From positions 29,711 to 93,710 of the forward strand of contig CAZDEW010000001.1 of assembly GCA_964504585.1 (NCBI GenBank): a stretch of 64,000 nt of DNA, given 5' to 3'. Source of the stretch: an uncultured Pseudomonadales bacterium (GTDB lineage: Bacteria; Pseudomonadota; Gammaproteobacteria; Pseudomonadales; UBA7434). The position numbers and the translations under genes are program-made. Within the stretch, counting starts at the first letter, position 1, and every line of letters starts with the position of its first letter. Of this stretch, positions 9,438 through 19,621 are shown one piece after another. The notes under the pieces are model-generated. The model was not told the origin of the DNA, made no database searches, and saw only the letters and a program-made list of their open reading frames with translations.

Positions 9438-10106
9438 CTAGCCAACACCGTAGTTTTTTCGATACTCACCCATCGAGTTTAGCAAATCCTGATGTGAGCC
9501 AGTGCTCATACCATCTGGATTGTTTGACAAATAATCAATCAGATCGTTCAGTCTGACTATCGCATGGACCGCAAGGCCCTCTTGTTGTTGTAATTGCTGA
9601 ATCGCACTGGCGCCTGCAGGCCCTTTTTCCTGACGATCGAGGCCGATGACAACCGCTTCCACTGTGCAGTCGTCCGACGCCCGGATCAGCTCGATGGACT
9701 CTCGGATAGCGGTGCCAGCGGTAATAACGTCGTCTAAAATCAACACCCTGCCCTTCAGTGGTGAGCCAACAATCAGTCCCCCCTCTCCGTGGTCTTTTTG
9801 TTCTTTTCTGTTGAAGGCATAGGGAACATCTCGACCATAGCGCTGCGCGAGTACTGTTGCGGTCGCCGCAACAAGTGGTATGCCCTTGTAGGCTGGGCCG
9901 AACAGCATGTCGAACTCGAGATCTGGCGTGGAAATAATCTTCTGCGCATAGCAGTCGGCCAGGCCCGCTAATAGAGCGCCACTGTTAAATCGGCCGGCGT
10001 TAAAGAAATAGGGGCTGGTGCGCCCGGATTTAAGCTCAAAGCTGCCGAAGGATAAAGCGTCTGCTTTTCTCGCCAGCTCAATGAATGAATTTTGAAAGGC
10101 CTTCAT
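9438..10106 (-). CDS. pyrE: orotate phosphoribosyltransferase
   Basis: MKAFQNSFIELA...FGSFELKSGRTSPYFFNAG...LFGPAYKGIPL...VLILDDVITAGTAIRES is collinear with E. coli PyrE. The first ATG is at 10106. The track start at 10145 is a TTG. Confidence 0.95.
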   Translation of the reverse strand: MKAFQNSFIELARKADALSFGSFELKSGRTSPYFFNAGRFNSGALLAGLADCYAQKIISTPDLEFDMLFGPAYKGIPLVAATATVLAQRYGRDVPYAFNRKEQKDHGEGGLIVGSPLKGRVLILDDVITAGTAIRESIELIRASDDCTVEAVVIGLDRQEKGPAGASAIQQLQQQEGLAVHAIVRLNDLIDYLSNNPDGMSTGSHQDLLNSMGEYRKNYGVG

Positions 10107-10246
10107 GTCTTGTCCATTGGCTTCGGTCGTGTACTTTGTTGGCAATTACTTACACTTTTGAGCTTGCATTTGCCTGACAAACCCAATTAAATGAAGATTC
10201 CAATTATTTGAACCATACGAGTTTTTGCTCTGGCACGCACCGCAGA

Positions 10247-10315
10247 AGCTGTAAAAAGCTGTAACTGTGTACCGCGTACTCAGAACTGTAAACAGCAATA
10301 AACAACTGTAAACAG
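10247..10315. repeat. cluster of CTGTAA(A) boxes: AGCTGTAA x2 spaced 10 bp, AACTGTAAACAG x2 spaced 20 bp
   Basis: Read directly at 10247-10254, 10257-10264, 10284-10295 and 10304-10315. The cluster lies in the divergent pyrE/crc intergenic region. Confidence 0.8.
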
Positions 10316-10705
10316 TTATAAATGGGTGTGCCTCTGTAAGCATTGCTTAATCGCTATTATTACATAGCTCTATTGGATGCATCAGCATCTGCGCTACGTG
10401 GCCCGGCCAGCAGGACAGCTTAGTCGAATCTGGTCCGTCAGTGGGCAAACCGCTAAGACTTCATTCGTTGAGCGGTAGTCGCAAAACAAGAGCGCAACTC
10501 AAATGGTCATAAGCCCGACAGCATTTAGTTATTGATTTTGATCGGGCATGTGTCGAAGCTCCCGTCGGTTCGACTCTAGCGCTTACTGTGGGTGTCATCG
10601 AGATTCGCACGCAAGTCGTTGCATTTAAACGCTATAAATAAAGCTATCGATAGGCACCTATGTGCCTGTCCCACTACTTCAATGGGTTAATGGTGAGGAC
10701 CTCCA

Positions 10706-11497
10706 ATGCGAGTTATCAGCTTTTGTGCTGACGGAATTGTACAGGCTGCGGATCGCGGCTTTTACGACTGGATGAGTAGTCAGGACGCGGACATCATTTG
10801 TATTCAGGATATTCAGACTGAGGAACACAAGTTACGTCACGATAAGTATTTCCCGCCTGCCTACAATGCCTACTTTTTCGATAACGCCGAAGGAACCAAC
10901 GGGGTAGCGATTTACTGCAAGGATCTACCCAAGGCAATTATGACGGGTCTAGGTTTCAATGATTTCGACATGGAAGCGAGATATATCCAGGCTGATTTCG
11001 AGCGCATTAGCTTTGGCTCGCTGCTTGCGCCATCCGCGACGCTTGATGATGAGAAGAGCATGGCTAGAAAAACCCAGTTTTTTCAGCAGCTTCACGACCA
11101 TCTCGCAAAAATAAGACATAAAAGGCGTGAGTTCGTTATCTCTGGAAACTTCCAGATTGCGCATCAGAAAAAAGATGTACAGGACTATGAGCACGCCAAG
11201 TCGATGGTCGGATTTACCGAGGTCGAGCGTGGCTGGATGGATCAGATGTTAATGAACCTCGGTTACGCCGATGCATTTCGTCTTGCGATTAGCGACGAGG
11301 ATGAGTTTACCTGGTGGCCTTCGGGTAAGATCGGTGAAAACGGCTGGCGCGTGGACTACCAGATTGTCTCACAGGGCCTCAGAAAGAACGTTGAATACGG
11401 CTCGATCCTCAAAAGCAAGCAGTTTTCCTCTCACGCGCCACTGTCGGTGGATTATGAGTACGAGATTAACCCGGACGAATATGCGCCGGCCTACTAG
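10706..11497 (+). CDS. crc: catabolite repression control protein Crc-like (endonuclease/exonuclease/phosphatase fold, predicted non-nuclease)
   Basis: It is collinear with my recollection of P. aeruginosa Crc (YIQADFERISF, HKRREFVISGN, AHQKKDV, LGYADAF, TWWP, GWRVDYQIV, FSSHAPLSVDY). The ExoIII catalytic QETK reads QDIQ and SDHxP reads SSHAP. The pyrE-crc-rph order matches Pseudomonas. Confidence 0.75.
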   Translation: MRVISFCADGIVQAADRGFYDWMSSQDADIICIQDIQTEEHKLRHDKYFPPAYNAYFFDNAEGTNGVAIYCKDLPKAIMTGLGFNDFDMEARYIQADFERISFGSLLAPSATLDDEKSMARKTQFFQQLHDHLAKIRHKRREFVISGNFQIAHQKKDVQDYEHAKSMVGFTEVERGWMDQMLMNLGYADAFRLAISDEDEFTWWPSGKIGENGWRVDYQIVSQGLRKNVEYGSILKSKQFSSHAPLSVDYEYEINPDEYAPAY

Positions 11498-11531
11498 CTA
11501 GCCAACGGTTTTCTTCGGCGCGGGTGAACAT

Positions 11532-12263
11532 TTAATTGGGGAGTTCTTGTTCGAGCGCCGCGGTCTGGATTTGGCAAATCTCAGCGATTCCCTTGGCAGC
11601 CACTGACAGAAGTTTTGACAGCTCTTCCTGCGCAAAGGGTTCTTGCTCGGCGGTACCCTGAATTTCAATAAACCGCCCCTCTCGGGTCATGACAACGTTC
11701 ATATCGGTTTCTGCATTCGAGTCCTCGGCGTAGTCTAAATCTAAAACAGCCTCGCCTTCATAGATGCCCACCGAGATTGCCGCAAGCTGATGCTGTATGG
11801 GGCTGCGTTCAATCATGCCCTGCTGTTGCATAAAACTGATGGCATCACACACCGCTACATAGGCGCCTGATATCGCAGCGGTTCGAGTGCCGCCATCGGC
11901 CTGAATCACATCGCAATCAAGTGTTATGGTGTTTTCACCCAGCTCGTCGAGCTTGATCGCCGAACGCAGTGAGCGTCCAATCAGACGCTGAATTTCCAGC
12001 GTGCGTCCGCCTTGCTTACCTCGTGCGGCTTCGCGCTGCATCCTTTCTCCGGTGCTTCGTGGCAGCATGCCATACTCTGCCGTTATCCACCCGCTATTGC
12101 TGCCCTTTAGAAAGCGCGGCACTCCGGCGACGACGGAAGCCGTACAGAGTACCTTCGTATTGCCAAAACAGGCCAGAACAGAGCCCTCGGCATGAGTTGT
12201 ATAGGCGCGTTCAAAACGAACTTGTCGCAGTTGGTCTATTTGTCTTCCGCTGGGACGTTTCAT
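11532..12263 (-). CDS. rph: ribonuclease PH
   Basis: [44 protein letters not shown]...[14 protein letters not shown]...[15 protein letters not shown] is collinear with E. coli Rph. Confidence 0.95.
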   Translation of the reverse strand: MKRPSGRQIDQLRQVRFERAYTTHAEGSVLACFGNTKVLCTASVVAGVPRFLKGSNSGWITAEYGMLPRSTGERMQREAARGKQGGRTLEIQRLIGRSLRSAIKLDELGENTITLDCDVIQADGGTRTAAISGAYVAVCDAISFMQQQGMIERSPIQHQLAAISVGIYEGEAVLDLDYAEDSNAETDMNVVMTREGRFIEIQGTAEQEPFAQEELSKLLSVAAKGIAEICQIQTAALEQELPN

Positions 12264-12436
12264 GGCTTGGAACTTTATCAGTGCAAATTAAAAAATGGAG
12301 CGGCGCAGTATACCGGCTATGTCCGAATTGATTATGTCGTGTCTGTAATAAGCCTACTATTTATATCGAATTAGCTGGCCCGGAGCGATAAGATCGGCGA
12401 CATCGAACATCACGGCAGACGTTAAGAGTGAAGACT

Positions 12437-13327
12437 ATGGGCGAAACGGCCAGCGACAATTATCAGTGTTTGAGCATGACTGCTTTCGGCCGTGCGGAAG
12501 GGCACACCCAGCTTGGAAGCTTTGTCTGGGAGTTGAGAACGGTTAACCACCGCTACCTCGACGTTATTCCCAAGCTGCCTGAAAGCTGCCGCTACCTCGA
12601 AGGCGACGTCAGGGATCTGGTGCGCTCGCGGCTGTCTCGAGGGAAATGTGAGATTGCGTTATCTCTGCAAAAATCAGAGTCACATGATGAGATGCGCATC
12701 GACACAGCGTTTCTTGATCGTTTGCTTGAGGTTTCTAACCAAATCAGGGGGCATGCGACAGAGGCTGCGCCGTTATCAACCCAGCAAATCTTAAGCTACC
12801 CCGGCGTATTGAGTGGGCAGGATATCGATCGTGATGTCCTTAGCAGCGACCTGCTCGAAGGTCTGGAGCGAGCATTACAGCAGTTGGTCGAAGGCCGCCT
12901 TGACGAAGGAAAGAAGATGGCTGCAGTGATAGATTCGCGACTTGTCGCAATTACGCAGCTTGTCAGTGAATTGGAGAAAGACCTCCCGGCTATTGTTAGC
13001 GCGCACAAGGAAAAATTGCTGGCGAAGCTCGCTGAATTACAGGTCGAACTCGACGAAGAGCGCCTGGCTCAGGAGGTTGTTCTTATCGCCCAAAAGCTTG
13101 ACGTCGCTGAGGAGCTCGATCGATTACGTACGCATGTCGATGCCGTTCGCAGCGCCATGTCTAAAAAAGGCCCCTGTGGGAGGCGTCTCGATTTTCTCAT
13201 GCAGGAGCTCAATCGAGAGGCAAACACTCTGGGATCAAAATCGGGATCCATAGAAAACAGCAATGCAGCTATCGATCTTAAAGTACTTATCGAGCAGATG
13301 CGCGAGCAAGTGCAGAACATCGAATAG
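12437..13327 (+). CDS. yicC: YicC family stress-induced protein
   Basis: SMTAFGRAEG...WELRTVNHRYLD...VAEELDRLRTHV...GRRLDFLMQELNREANTLGSKS...IDLKVLIEQMREQVQNIE matches E. coli YicC end to end. The start is uncertain: GTG 12428, ATG 12437 or ATG 12476. Confidence 0.9.
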   Translation: MGETASDNYQCLSMTAFGRAEGHTQLGSFVWELRTVNHRYLDVIPKLPESCRYLEGDVRDLVRSRLSRGKCEIALSLQKSESHDEMRIDTAFLDRLLEVSNQIRGHATEAAPLSTQQILSYPGVLSGQDIDRDVLSSDLLEGLERALQQLVEGRLDEGKKMAAVIDSRLVAITQLVSELEKDLPAIVSAHKEKLLAKLAELQVELDEERLAQEVVLIAQKLDVAEELDRLRTHVDAVRSAMSKKGPCGRRLDFLMQELNREANTLGSKSGSIENSNAAIDLKVLIEQMREQVQNIE

Positions 13328-13343
13328 AGCGGCAAAGATACAG

Positions 13344-13643
13344 CTATTGCGAACCTTCTCCTTCATCCTTTGCGCTGTCGATTGGTACATATCCCTCTGC
13401 CTGCTCAAAATCTTCTCCCGATAAAAACTTCTCTCGCTCTTGCGCAAGAAACTTTCTCGCTTCGGGGTCGCGCATATTCAGATGCTTCTCGTTGATAAGC
13501 ATTGTCTGATGTTGTTGCCATTCCTGCCAGGCTTGCGCAGAGACAGTTCGCATGATTTCCTCGCCAGCTGGTCCGGGAAAGGGTGGGGATGCTAGCGCCG
13601 GCAAGTCGGCTTGATACTTGCGACAGTAAACGGTGTCAGTCAT
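13344..13643 (-). CDS. yggX: Fe(2+)-trafficking / oxidative-damage protection protein YggX
   Basis: [11 protein letters not shown]...[20 protein letters not shown] resembles E. coli YggX (TIFCTF...[20 protein letters not shown]). The first ATG is at 13643. The mutY-yggX pair is conserved. Confidence 0.85.
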   Translation of the reverse strand: [99 protein letters not shown]

Positions 13644-13679
13644 AGCTTCGGGTGTCGTTTGCAAATTTTCGAGACGAGT

Positions 13680-14741
13680 TTACTTCAAAACGGGGAAATC
13701 ATCATTCTCAAGCATAAGGATAAGCTTGCTCACAGGTGCAGCAAGCCCAACTTTCTTCGGGCTTGCCGGGTCGAACCAGATTTGTTCGCTGGGCTCCTGT
13801 ACCTCGACTAACATGTCGATATTGCCGAACACCGGAGTAATATCGAGATGAAAATGGCTGAATGTATGACGAAACTGTTTGCCGATAGTTATCACGCCGT
13901 TTTTCCGCGAGCGGAGCAGTGCGGTCTGTACGTCGCCCTGTTCGCGTAACTCGGGAAAGCTCCAAAGCCCGGCCCATACACCTGTCGGAGGCCGTTTTTC
14001 CAGCAAAACCTCACCGTCCTGATTCTTAATCACAAGCATATTGGTATGGTGCACAGGCAACTGCTTACGCGGCTTTTTGCCCGGATACTGGGCCATGGTT
14101 TGCCGAGAATAGGCGAGGCAAGATGATTGAACTGGGCAGTCGGCGCAATTCGGGCTGCTGCGCGTGCAGACCAGTGCTCCTAGATCCATTATGGCCTGTG
14201 TATAGGCACGGCTGCGCTTGTCGGGTGTTACGTCCTCGCTCAGTGCCCACAGCATCTTCAGGACAGACGATTTTCCGGGCCATCCCTCTACCGCGAAGTG
14301 CCTGGCGAGTACCCGTTTGACATTGCCGTCGAGAATCGCGGCGCGTTTTTGAAAGGCGCTTGAACGAATTGCGCCCGCTGTAGAGCGGCCAATGCCGGGC
14401 AGTGATATGAGTTCTTCGAGCGTCGACGGGAACTCTCCGTTGAGCCTGGTGGCGACTTCCCGTGCCGCCCGATGCAAGTTCCGCGCGCGCGAATAGTAAC
14501 CTAGCCCAGACCACAGATGCAGCACTTCGTCTTCCGACGCTGCTGCCAATGTTTGCACATCGGGAAATGCTTTTAGGAAGGCCTCGAAGTAGGGCTTCAC
14601 GGTGCTGACCTGAGTCTGCTGGAGCATCACCTCTGAGAGCCAAACTTTGTAGGGGGTTATATCTTCTTGCCACGGCAAGCCTTTGCGGCCATGGACGTCG
14701 TACCACCGCAGTACTCTGCTCGCAAAAGATTGTTCAGACAC
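13680..14741 (-). CDS. mutY: A/G-specific adenine DNA glycosylase
   Basis: It has the HhH-GPD region ([12 protein letters not shown]), a 4Fe-4S Cys cluster ([17 protein letters not shown]) and a C-terminal NUDIX-like domain. I set the start at GTG 14741 ([15 protein letters not shown]), which removes the overlap with asmA (stop at 14752). Confidence 0.93.
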   Translation of the reverse strand: MSEQSFASRVLRWYDVHGRKGLPWQEDITPYKVWLSEVMLQQTQVSTVKPYFEAFLKAFPDVQTLAAASEDEVLHLWSGLGYYSRARNLHRAAREVATRLNGEFPSTLEELISLPGIGRSTAGAIRSSAFQKRAAILDGNVKRVLARHFAVEGWPGKSSVLKMLWALSEDVTPDKRSRAYTQAIMDLGALVCTRSSPNCADCPVQSSCLAYSRQTMAQYPGKKPRKQLPVHHTNMLVIKNQDGEVLLEKRPPTGVWAGLWSFPELREQGDVQTALLRSRKNGVITIGKQFRHTFSHFHLDITPVFGNIDMLVEVQEPSEQIWFDPASPKKVGLAAPVSKLILMLENDDFPVLK

Positions 14742-14751
14742 TGCCTTAGTC

Positions 14752-16581
14752 CTATCGAAACAACCCTCGCAGTGCATCGCCAACGCCATCACCCAACTTT
14801 TCGTTGAGTTTATCCTGAAGTTTGTCTCGATGCTTGTCGAGCTCTTTGTCGACGGCTTCTTTGGCTTTGGCCTTGGCTAGATTGGACAGAATTTTATCGA
14901 GTCGGCTATTGTCGACACCGCAGCTGGATTCCTGCGCATCGCCTCTACAGCGGATTGGCCAGGCGATATCACGATACTGTTCATTGATTTCACAGCCTGT
15001 TTCTGCGGCGTCCGTCTCGGTAGAACTGGCTGCGGCCAGATCGCCACTAACGTTTGCCTGCAGGCGCAAGTCATAGCTGGTATTGAGTAAATTGATCTCG
15101 CCATCGCCATTAACTTTAGCATTTGCCAGGCCGGCGCTAAACGACTCGATATTACCAACCCCTTTGCTCCAATTTATTCTCAGATCAACATCTTCGAGAT
15201 CCGTGCCATTACCCCACGCTCTGTTCAACTGGGTCTTTCTGGCCAGCGCGATGGATTGACAAATCCGTTGTTCGATATTGTCATTTAGGTAGCGACCGTT
15301 GCTTAGCGATGCCATCGTCTTACCGGAGAGTGTTTTCTTAAGTGCTTCGGTTGAGTTCCCGCGAGCGGTGATGTTTGTCTCAACGCTGGCTGTACCTTCA
15401 ACGCCTAGCTCAAAATCGTTACTGGCTAGCAAAGAGGCCACATCAATATCCGAAAGAGCCTGTGCCGCTTGCAGCTGGGCAGGGTTACGCGCTGCATTGA
15501 TAGAGAATGACTGGTTGATTTTGCCGCCATAGACGGACGCGTTTAGCTTGCTGACATTCAGCAGGCCATTGTCGATGGTCATGGCTATTGATAAGTCTTC
15601 CAGTTCGGTTTGTTCAACGACCAGCCTTTCAAGAGAGATAGCGAGGTCGACATTGAGTGTGTGTAGTGTGTCTAGCGGCAGTTCGATATCGTCATTTTGC
15701 GTCGTAGTCGTAGAGGTTGAAGCGGCATCATCTTCGTTTGCTGTGCCGCTTAAATAGGGATTGAGGTCCAGGGTTCCCAGCGCAAGATCGGCGGCGAACT
15801 TGGTGTCTTTTCCAAAGGTGACCGCACCTGAGCCGGAAAAGCTGGTTTCGGCGATCACTCCCTCAAGTTTCTCGATGATGAATTTCTGCGCGTCACTGTT
15901 AAAGCGAAAGGTCGACGCGAGTTCCACAATGATCGCCTCTGCAGAGGCATCACGCTCGACTTCGAGTGCCGACTGCAAGTCGAACGGTTTTCCCGTAAAG
16001 TTGATCGCGCGACCGTCTAGCGTTTTCACACGCAGCGCCTGTCTCGATCCTACGCCCAGGTCGACGACGGATAAATTAATATCTCTCAGCTTAACCGTAT
16101 CAAACGAAACATCCGCCGAGGCGCTCTGCTCGCTTTTTTCGTCTCCGCTGTCTTCGTCAGCGGTCTCGGACCCTGAGGGCTCGACATCTTTCCAGTTTGA
16201 GTGACCTCGTGCGTCCGTTACCATCCGCATGGAAATATCAGCCAGCTGCAGGGAGTCAATCGTGACATTTCCTCCCAGAAGCCCGAGCAGCGAAATTGCT
16301 GAGCTTGCTTCGCCAATGCTGGCGAACAGGGTGTCACCGTCATACGCTTGACGGGTGTGCAGCTCAATATCGCTGACGCCTAGTTTGATACTGGGGAAGA
16401 ACGACCAGTAAAAGTCGCCGTTAAAATTCATATCGAGACTGGTTGCCCGATACGTTTGTTCCTCGACCAGGCTTTTTACCGTTTCAGGGTTGACTGACCG
16501 CGTGGCGATGTAGCCTGCGACAATGATAATAAGGGCGAGTGCGATCAGGATGAAAAACAGCCACTTGGCGAGCTTAACCAT
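14752..16581 (-). CDS. asmA: AsmA family outer-membrane biogenesis protein
   Basis: An N-terminal anchor ([19 protein letters not shown]) is followed by a long beta-rich AsmA-like region. The position upstream of mutY matches Pseudomonas synteny as I recall it. Confidence 0.8.
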   Translation of the reverse strand: MVKLAKWLFFILIALALIIIVAGYIATRSVNPETVKSLVEEQTYRATSLDMNFNGDFYWSFFPSIKLGVSDIELHTRQAYDGDTLFASIGEASSAISLLGLLGGNVTIDSLQLADISMRMVTDARGHSNWKDVEPSGSETADEDSGDEKSEQSASADVSFDTVKLRDINLSVVDLGVGSRQALRVKTLDGRAINFTGKPFDLQSALEVERDASAEAIIVELASTFRFNSDAQKFIIEKLEGVIAETSFSGSGAVTFGKDTKFAADLALGTLDLNPYLSGTANEDDAASTSTTTTQNDDIELPLDTLHTLNVDLAISLERLVVEQTELEDLSIAMTIDNGLLNVSKLNASVYGGKINQSFSINAARNPAQLQAAQALSDIDVASLLASNDFELGVEGTASVETNITARGNSTEALKKTLSGKTMASLSNGRYLNDNIEQRICQSIALARKTQLNRAWGNGTDLEDVDLRINWSKGVGNIESFSAGLANAKVNGDGEINLLNTSYDLRLQANVSGDLAAASSTETDAAETGCEINEQYRDIAWPIRCRGDAQESSCGVDNSRLDKILSNLAKAKAKEAVDKELDKHRDKLQDKLNEKLGDGVGDALRGLFR

Positions 16582-16874
16582 AACAAACCTGTAGATTGAT
16601 ACGAGAATTATCGGCGCCGGAGCGCTGCGCTAGGTCAGTGTACTACGCCTCTTCTTAGACTGCTGCCTCTGCCCGCAAGTCCCCGCTGTCCGCGTGTAAA
16701 TGTAGCGCAATTTTAGATTGCGCTTGTGAGCATAGGGATTAAGATGCCTCTCTTCAGCCGCGGATTTTGCAGTAAGTAAGCACTTACTTATTTGCGGGCC
16801 GGCAGCGATGCATTAGTAGGCAGCTACGATTGGCAATGCCGTTGGATGATGCCGCAAAACTCGAGAGCAGGTAA

Positions 16875-17618
16875 ATGTACAAGTTAGTTTTATTGCGGCA
16901 CGGTGAAAGTGTCTGGAATCTGGAAAATCGTTTTACCGGTTGGCACGATGTTGATCTAACCGAAACCGGCGTGGCTCAGGCGAACATGGCGGGGCAGTTA
17001 ATGCGTGAGGCGGGTCTTGAATTCGACATCGCCTATACATCGGTGCTGGTCCGTGCGATGCGCACTCTCTGGATAGCCCTGGATGAAATGGATCGCCTCT
17101 ACCTGCCGGTCGTTCGCAGTTGGCGACTCAACGAGCGTCACTATGGCGCTCTCCAAGGTTTGAACAAGGCTGAGACGGCGGCCAAACATGGCGAGGATCA
17201 GGTCAAAATCTGGCGTCGTAGTTTCGATGTGCCGCCTCCTTTTGTTGACGTAGGCAGCGAGTATTTTCCAGCTCAGGACGCACGCTACGCAGGGATAGAC
17301 CCAGCGATTCTGCCGCGCGGCGAATCGCTCGCCCTCACCATCGATCGCGTTATGCCGTTTTGGCACGATGTTGTGCGACCGGCAATCTTAGCGGGCAAGC
17401 GAGTGATCATCGCGGCACACGGCAACAGTCTGCGAGCGCTCGTTAAGTACCTCGACGATATGGATAACGAAAGCGTTCTTGGCCTGAATATCCCGACCGG
17501 TGTACCGCTGGTTTATGAGCTGGATGCGGATCTCAAACCGATCAAGAGCGAGTATCTGGGAGATCCAGACAAAATCAAGGCTATGATGGAAGCGGTTGCC
17601 AATCAGGGTAAACAGTAA
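16875..17618 (+). CDS. gpmA: 2,3-bisphosphoglycerate-dependent phosphoglycerate mutase
   Basis: It carries [25 protein letters not shown] (the RHGE catalytic His motif), ERHYGALQG and the C-terminal [10 protein letters not shown]. Confidence 0.95.
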   Translation: MYKLVLLRHGESVWNLENRFTGWHDVDLTETGVAQANMAGQLMREAGLEFDIAYTSVLVRAMRTLWIALDEMDRLYLPVVRSWRLNERHYGALQGLNKAETAAKHGEDQVKIWRRSFDVPPPFVDVGSEYFPAQDARYAGIDPAILPRGESLALTIDRVMPFWHDVVRPAILAGKRVIIAAHGNSLRALVKYLDDMDNESVLGLNIPTGVPLVYELDADLKPIKSEYLGDPDKIKAMMEAVANQGKQ

Positions 17619-17651
17619 GCCGGCGGCTATGCATCAGGGATCAAAAGCAAT

Positions 17652-18299
17652 GTGGAAGGCATGAACAGCGCGCTACAGGAAACCTACTTTCTCGATTACA
17701 AGGCTCCCGAAGTACAGGCCTATGTTTCTGCCTTTGACCGTCAGCTGGCGCCTCGTGAGCTCGCTGTTGCGATCTACAACAAGATCAGAGACGACTGGCG
17801 GTATAACGCATACATCTTCCATACCAGACGAGTTGATATGCGATGCAGTGCGATCATGCAAAGAGACGAGGGCCATTGTCTCGATAAATCCATTATTCTC
17901 GCTAGCTGCTTTCGCGCCGTAGGTTTACCGGCCAGATTACATCTGGTGAAAGTCGTCAATCATATTGCGGTTGAACGAATCGTAGAGCTATTTGGTACGG
18001 ATGAGTTAACGCCCCATGGCTACGTCGAAGTTTATCTGGGCGATCGTTGGCTTGCCTGTACTCCCGCATTCAACAAAGAGCTGTGCGATCTGCTCAATGT
18101 CGATGTTCTGGAGTTCGACGGCGAGCAGGATTCGATGTTCCAGGCGTCTGACCGGGCCAACGGTAAGTTCATGGAGTACCTTGAAGATTATGGTACCTTC
18201 GACGATTACCCCTACGAGTTCGTTCTCGATAATATGGATGCGCATTATCCCAGATTCAAATCGGCGCGAGCCGGGCGCGATATCCTGACTATGGCTTGA
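17652..18299 (+). CDS. transglutaminase-like superfamily protein
   Basis: The core motifs are [23 protein letters not shown] (Cys) and [13 protein letters not shown] (His). The start is either GTG 17652 or ATG 17661. Confidence 0.7.
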   Translation: MEGMNSALQETYFLDYKAPEVQAYVSAFDRQLAPRELAVAIYNKIRDDWRYNAYIFHTRRVDMRCSAIMQRDEGHCLDKSIILASCFRAVGLPARLHLVKVVNHIAVERIVELFGTDELTPHGYVEVYLGDRWLACTPAFNKELCDLLNVDVLEFDGEQDSMFQASDRANGKFMEYLEDYGTFDDYPYEFVLDNMDAHYPRFKSARAGRDILTMA

Positions 18300-18321
18300 A
18301 ACCACGTTACAACTTGAAACT

Positions 18322-18921
18322 ATGACTAATACAGACCGCACAGCTACCGTAAAAAGGGACACACTCGAAACCCAAATTCAGGTTTCCATTGACCTTGATG
18401 GCACTGGAAAAGTTGAGCTAGAGACAGGTATTCCCTTTCTTGAGCACATGCTTGATCAAATTGGTCGTCATGGTTTGATTGACATCAGCATTAAGGCGCA
18501 GGGCGATCTACATATCGATGATCACCACACGGTAGAGGACATTGGTATTACCTTAGGCCAGGCATTTCATCAGGCGATCGGCTCCAAGAAAGGCATTCGC
18601 CGGTACGGACATGCCTATGTTCCGCTCGATGAGGCGCTATCGCGCGTTGTGCTCGATATATCCGGGCGCCCCGGTCTGGAGTTTAATGTGCCCTTCACTC
18701 GCGCTGCGGTGGGCTCCTTCGACGTAGATCTTTTCCACGAGTTTTTTCAGGGCTTTACCAACCATGCCTTAGTCACCTTGCATGTCGATTGCCTGCGTGG
18801 CGAGAACAGCCATCACCAAATCGAGACCGTTTTTAAAGCTTTTGGGCGGGCACTGCGCATGGCGATAGAGCCGGACCCTCGATTAGGGGATGTCATGCCA
18901 TCGACAAAGGGCACACTGTAG
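18322..18921 (+). CDS. hisB: imidazoleglycerol-phosphate dehydratase
   Basis: It carries [34 protein letters not shown] and [15 protein letters not shown]. Confidence 0.95.
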   Translation: MTNTDRTATVKRDTLETQIQVSIDLDGTGKVELETGIPFLEHMLDQIGRHGLIDISIKAQGDLHIDDHHTVEDIGITLGQAFHQAIGSKKGIRRYGHAYVPLDEALSRVVLDISGRPGLEFNVPFTRAAVGSFDVDLFHEFFQGFTNHALVTLHVDCLRGENSHHQIETVFKAFGRALRMAIEPDPRLGDVMPSTKGTL

Positions 18922-18930
18922 GCGGCGACG

Positions 18931-19581
18931 ATGGGAGCTCAATACGATGTTGCTGTCATCGACTATGGCATGGGCAACCTACATTCGGTGGAGAAAGCGC
19001 TGAAGCAGGTCAGTCCAGCTTCGAAAGTTTATGTTGGCAGTGAAGCAGAGTTGATTCTGGCGGCCGAGCGAGTTGTTTATCCCGGCGTGGGCGCTATTCG
19101 GGATTGTATTGGAGAGGTAAAGCGGCTTGGTCTGGATGCTGTGATTAAAGAAGCCGCCTCTCGTTTGCCGCTACTAGGGATTTGTGTTGGGATGCAAGGG
19201 CTCATGCGGCATTCCACAGAGAACGATGGCGTCGATTGTCTAAATATATTTAACTATGACGTTGAGTGTTTCTCTGATCACTTTCGATCACGTGGTGATT
19301 GCGCCGGCCTCAAGGTTCCGCATATGGGATGGAACTCGGTTCGACAGATACCGCACAAGCTTTGGCAGGGGATCGCCGACAATGCGCAGTTTTATTTTGT
19401 TCACAGCTACTTCGTGCCATCAGCGGGCTGCGAAGAAATGCTGGGCGAGGTGTCTCATGGTGTTGACGCAGTCGCGGCGCTGGGAAGAGACAATATTTTC
19501 GCCACTCAATTTCACCCCGAAAAGAGCCATACCAGCGGCCTCAAGCTGCTTGAGAACTTTATGACTTGGGACGGAAGCTAA
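18931..19581 (+). CDS. hisH: imidazole glycerol phosphate synthase, glutamine amidotransferase subunit
   Basis: It carries VIDYGMGNLHSV, the catalytic Cys in LGICVGMQ, and FATQFHPEKS. Confidence 0.95.
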   Translation: MGAQYDVAVIDYGMGNLHSVEKALKQVSPASKVYVGSEAELILAAERVVYPGVGAIRDCIGEVKRLGLDAVIKEAASRLPLLGICVGMQGLMRHSTENDGVDCLNIFNYDVECFSDHFRSRGDCAGLKVPHMGWNSVRQIPHKLWQGIADNAQFYFVHSYFVPSAGCEEMLGEVSHGVDAVAALGRDNIFATQFHPEKSHTSGLKLLENFMTWDGS

Positions 19582-19621
19582 AAGCTTCTGTTAGATATTC
19601 CGAATTACCTAAAGAGTTGCC

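Noticed and set aside
10284-10315. CTGT...ACAG motifs as LexA (SOS) boxes.
   Set aside because: The gammaproteobacterial SOS box is CTGT-N8-ACAG. Here the half-sites are separated by 2 nt (ACTGTAAACAGT), and no N8 arrangement can be drawn.
10552-10574. A GTCGAA...GGTTCGAC segment resembling a tRNA T-arm (GGTTCGA).
   Set aside because: No acceptor, D or anticodon arms can be folded around it, and the flanks of the TTCGA loop are not complementary in the tRNA register. It is at most a 6-bp hairpin.
13708-14706. Alternative-frame ORFs inside mutY (89 aa and 213 aa, Arg/Gly/Pro-rich).
   Set aside because: They are overlapped completely by the mutY frame, which carries unmistakable HhH-GPD and Fe-S motifs. 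Their composition is typical of off-frame reading.
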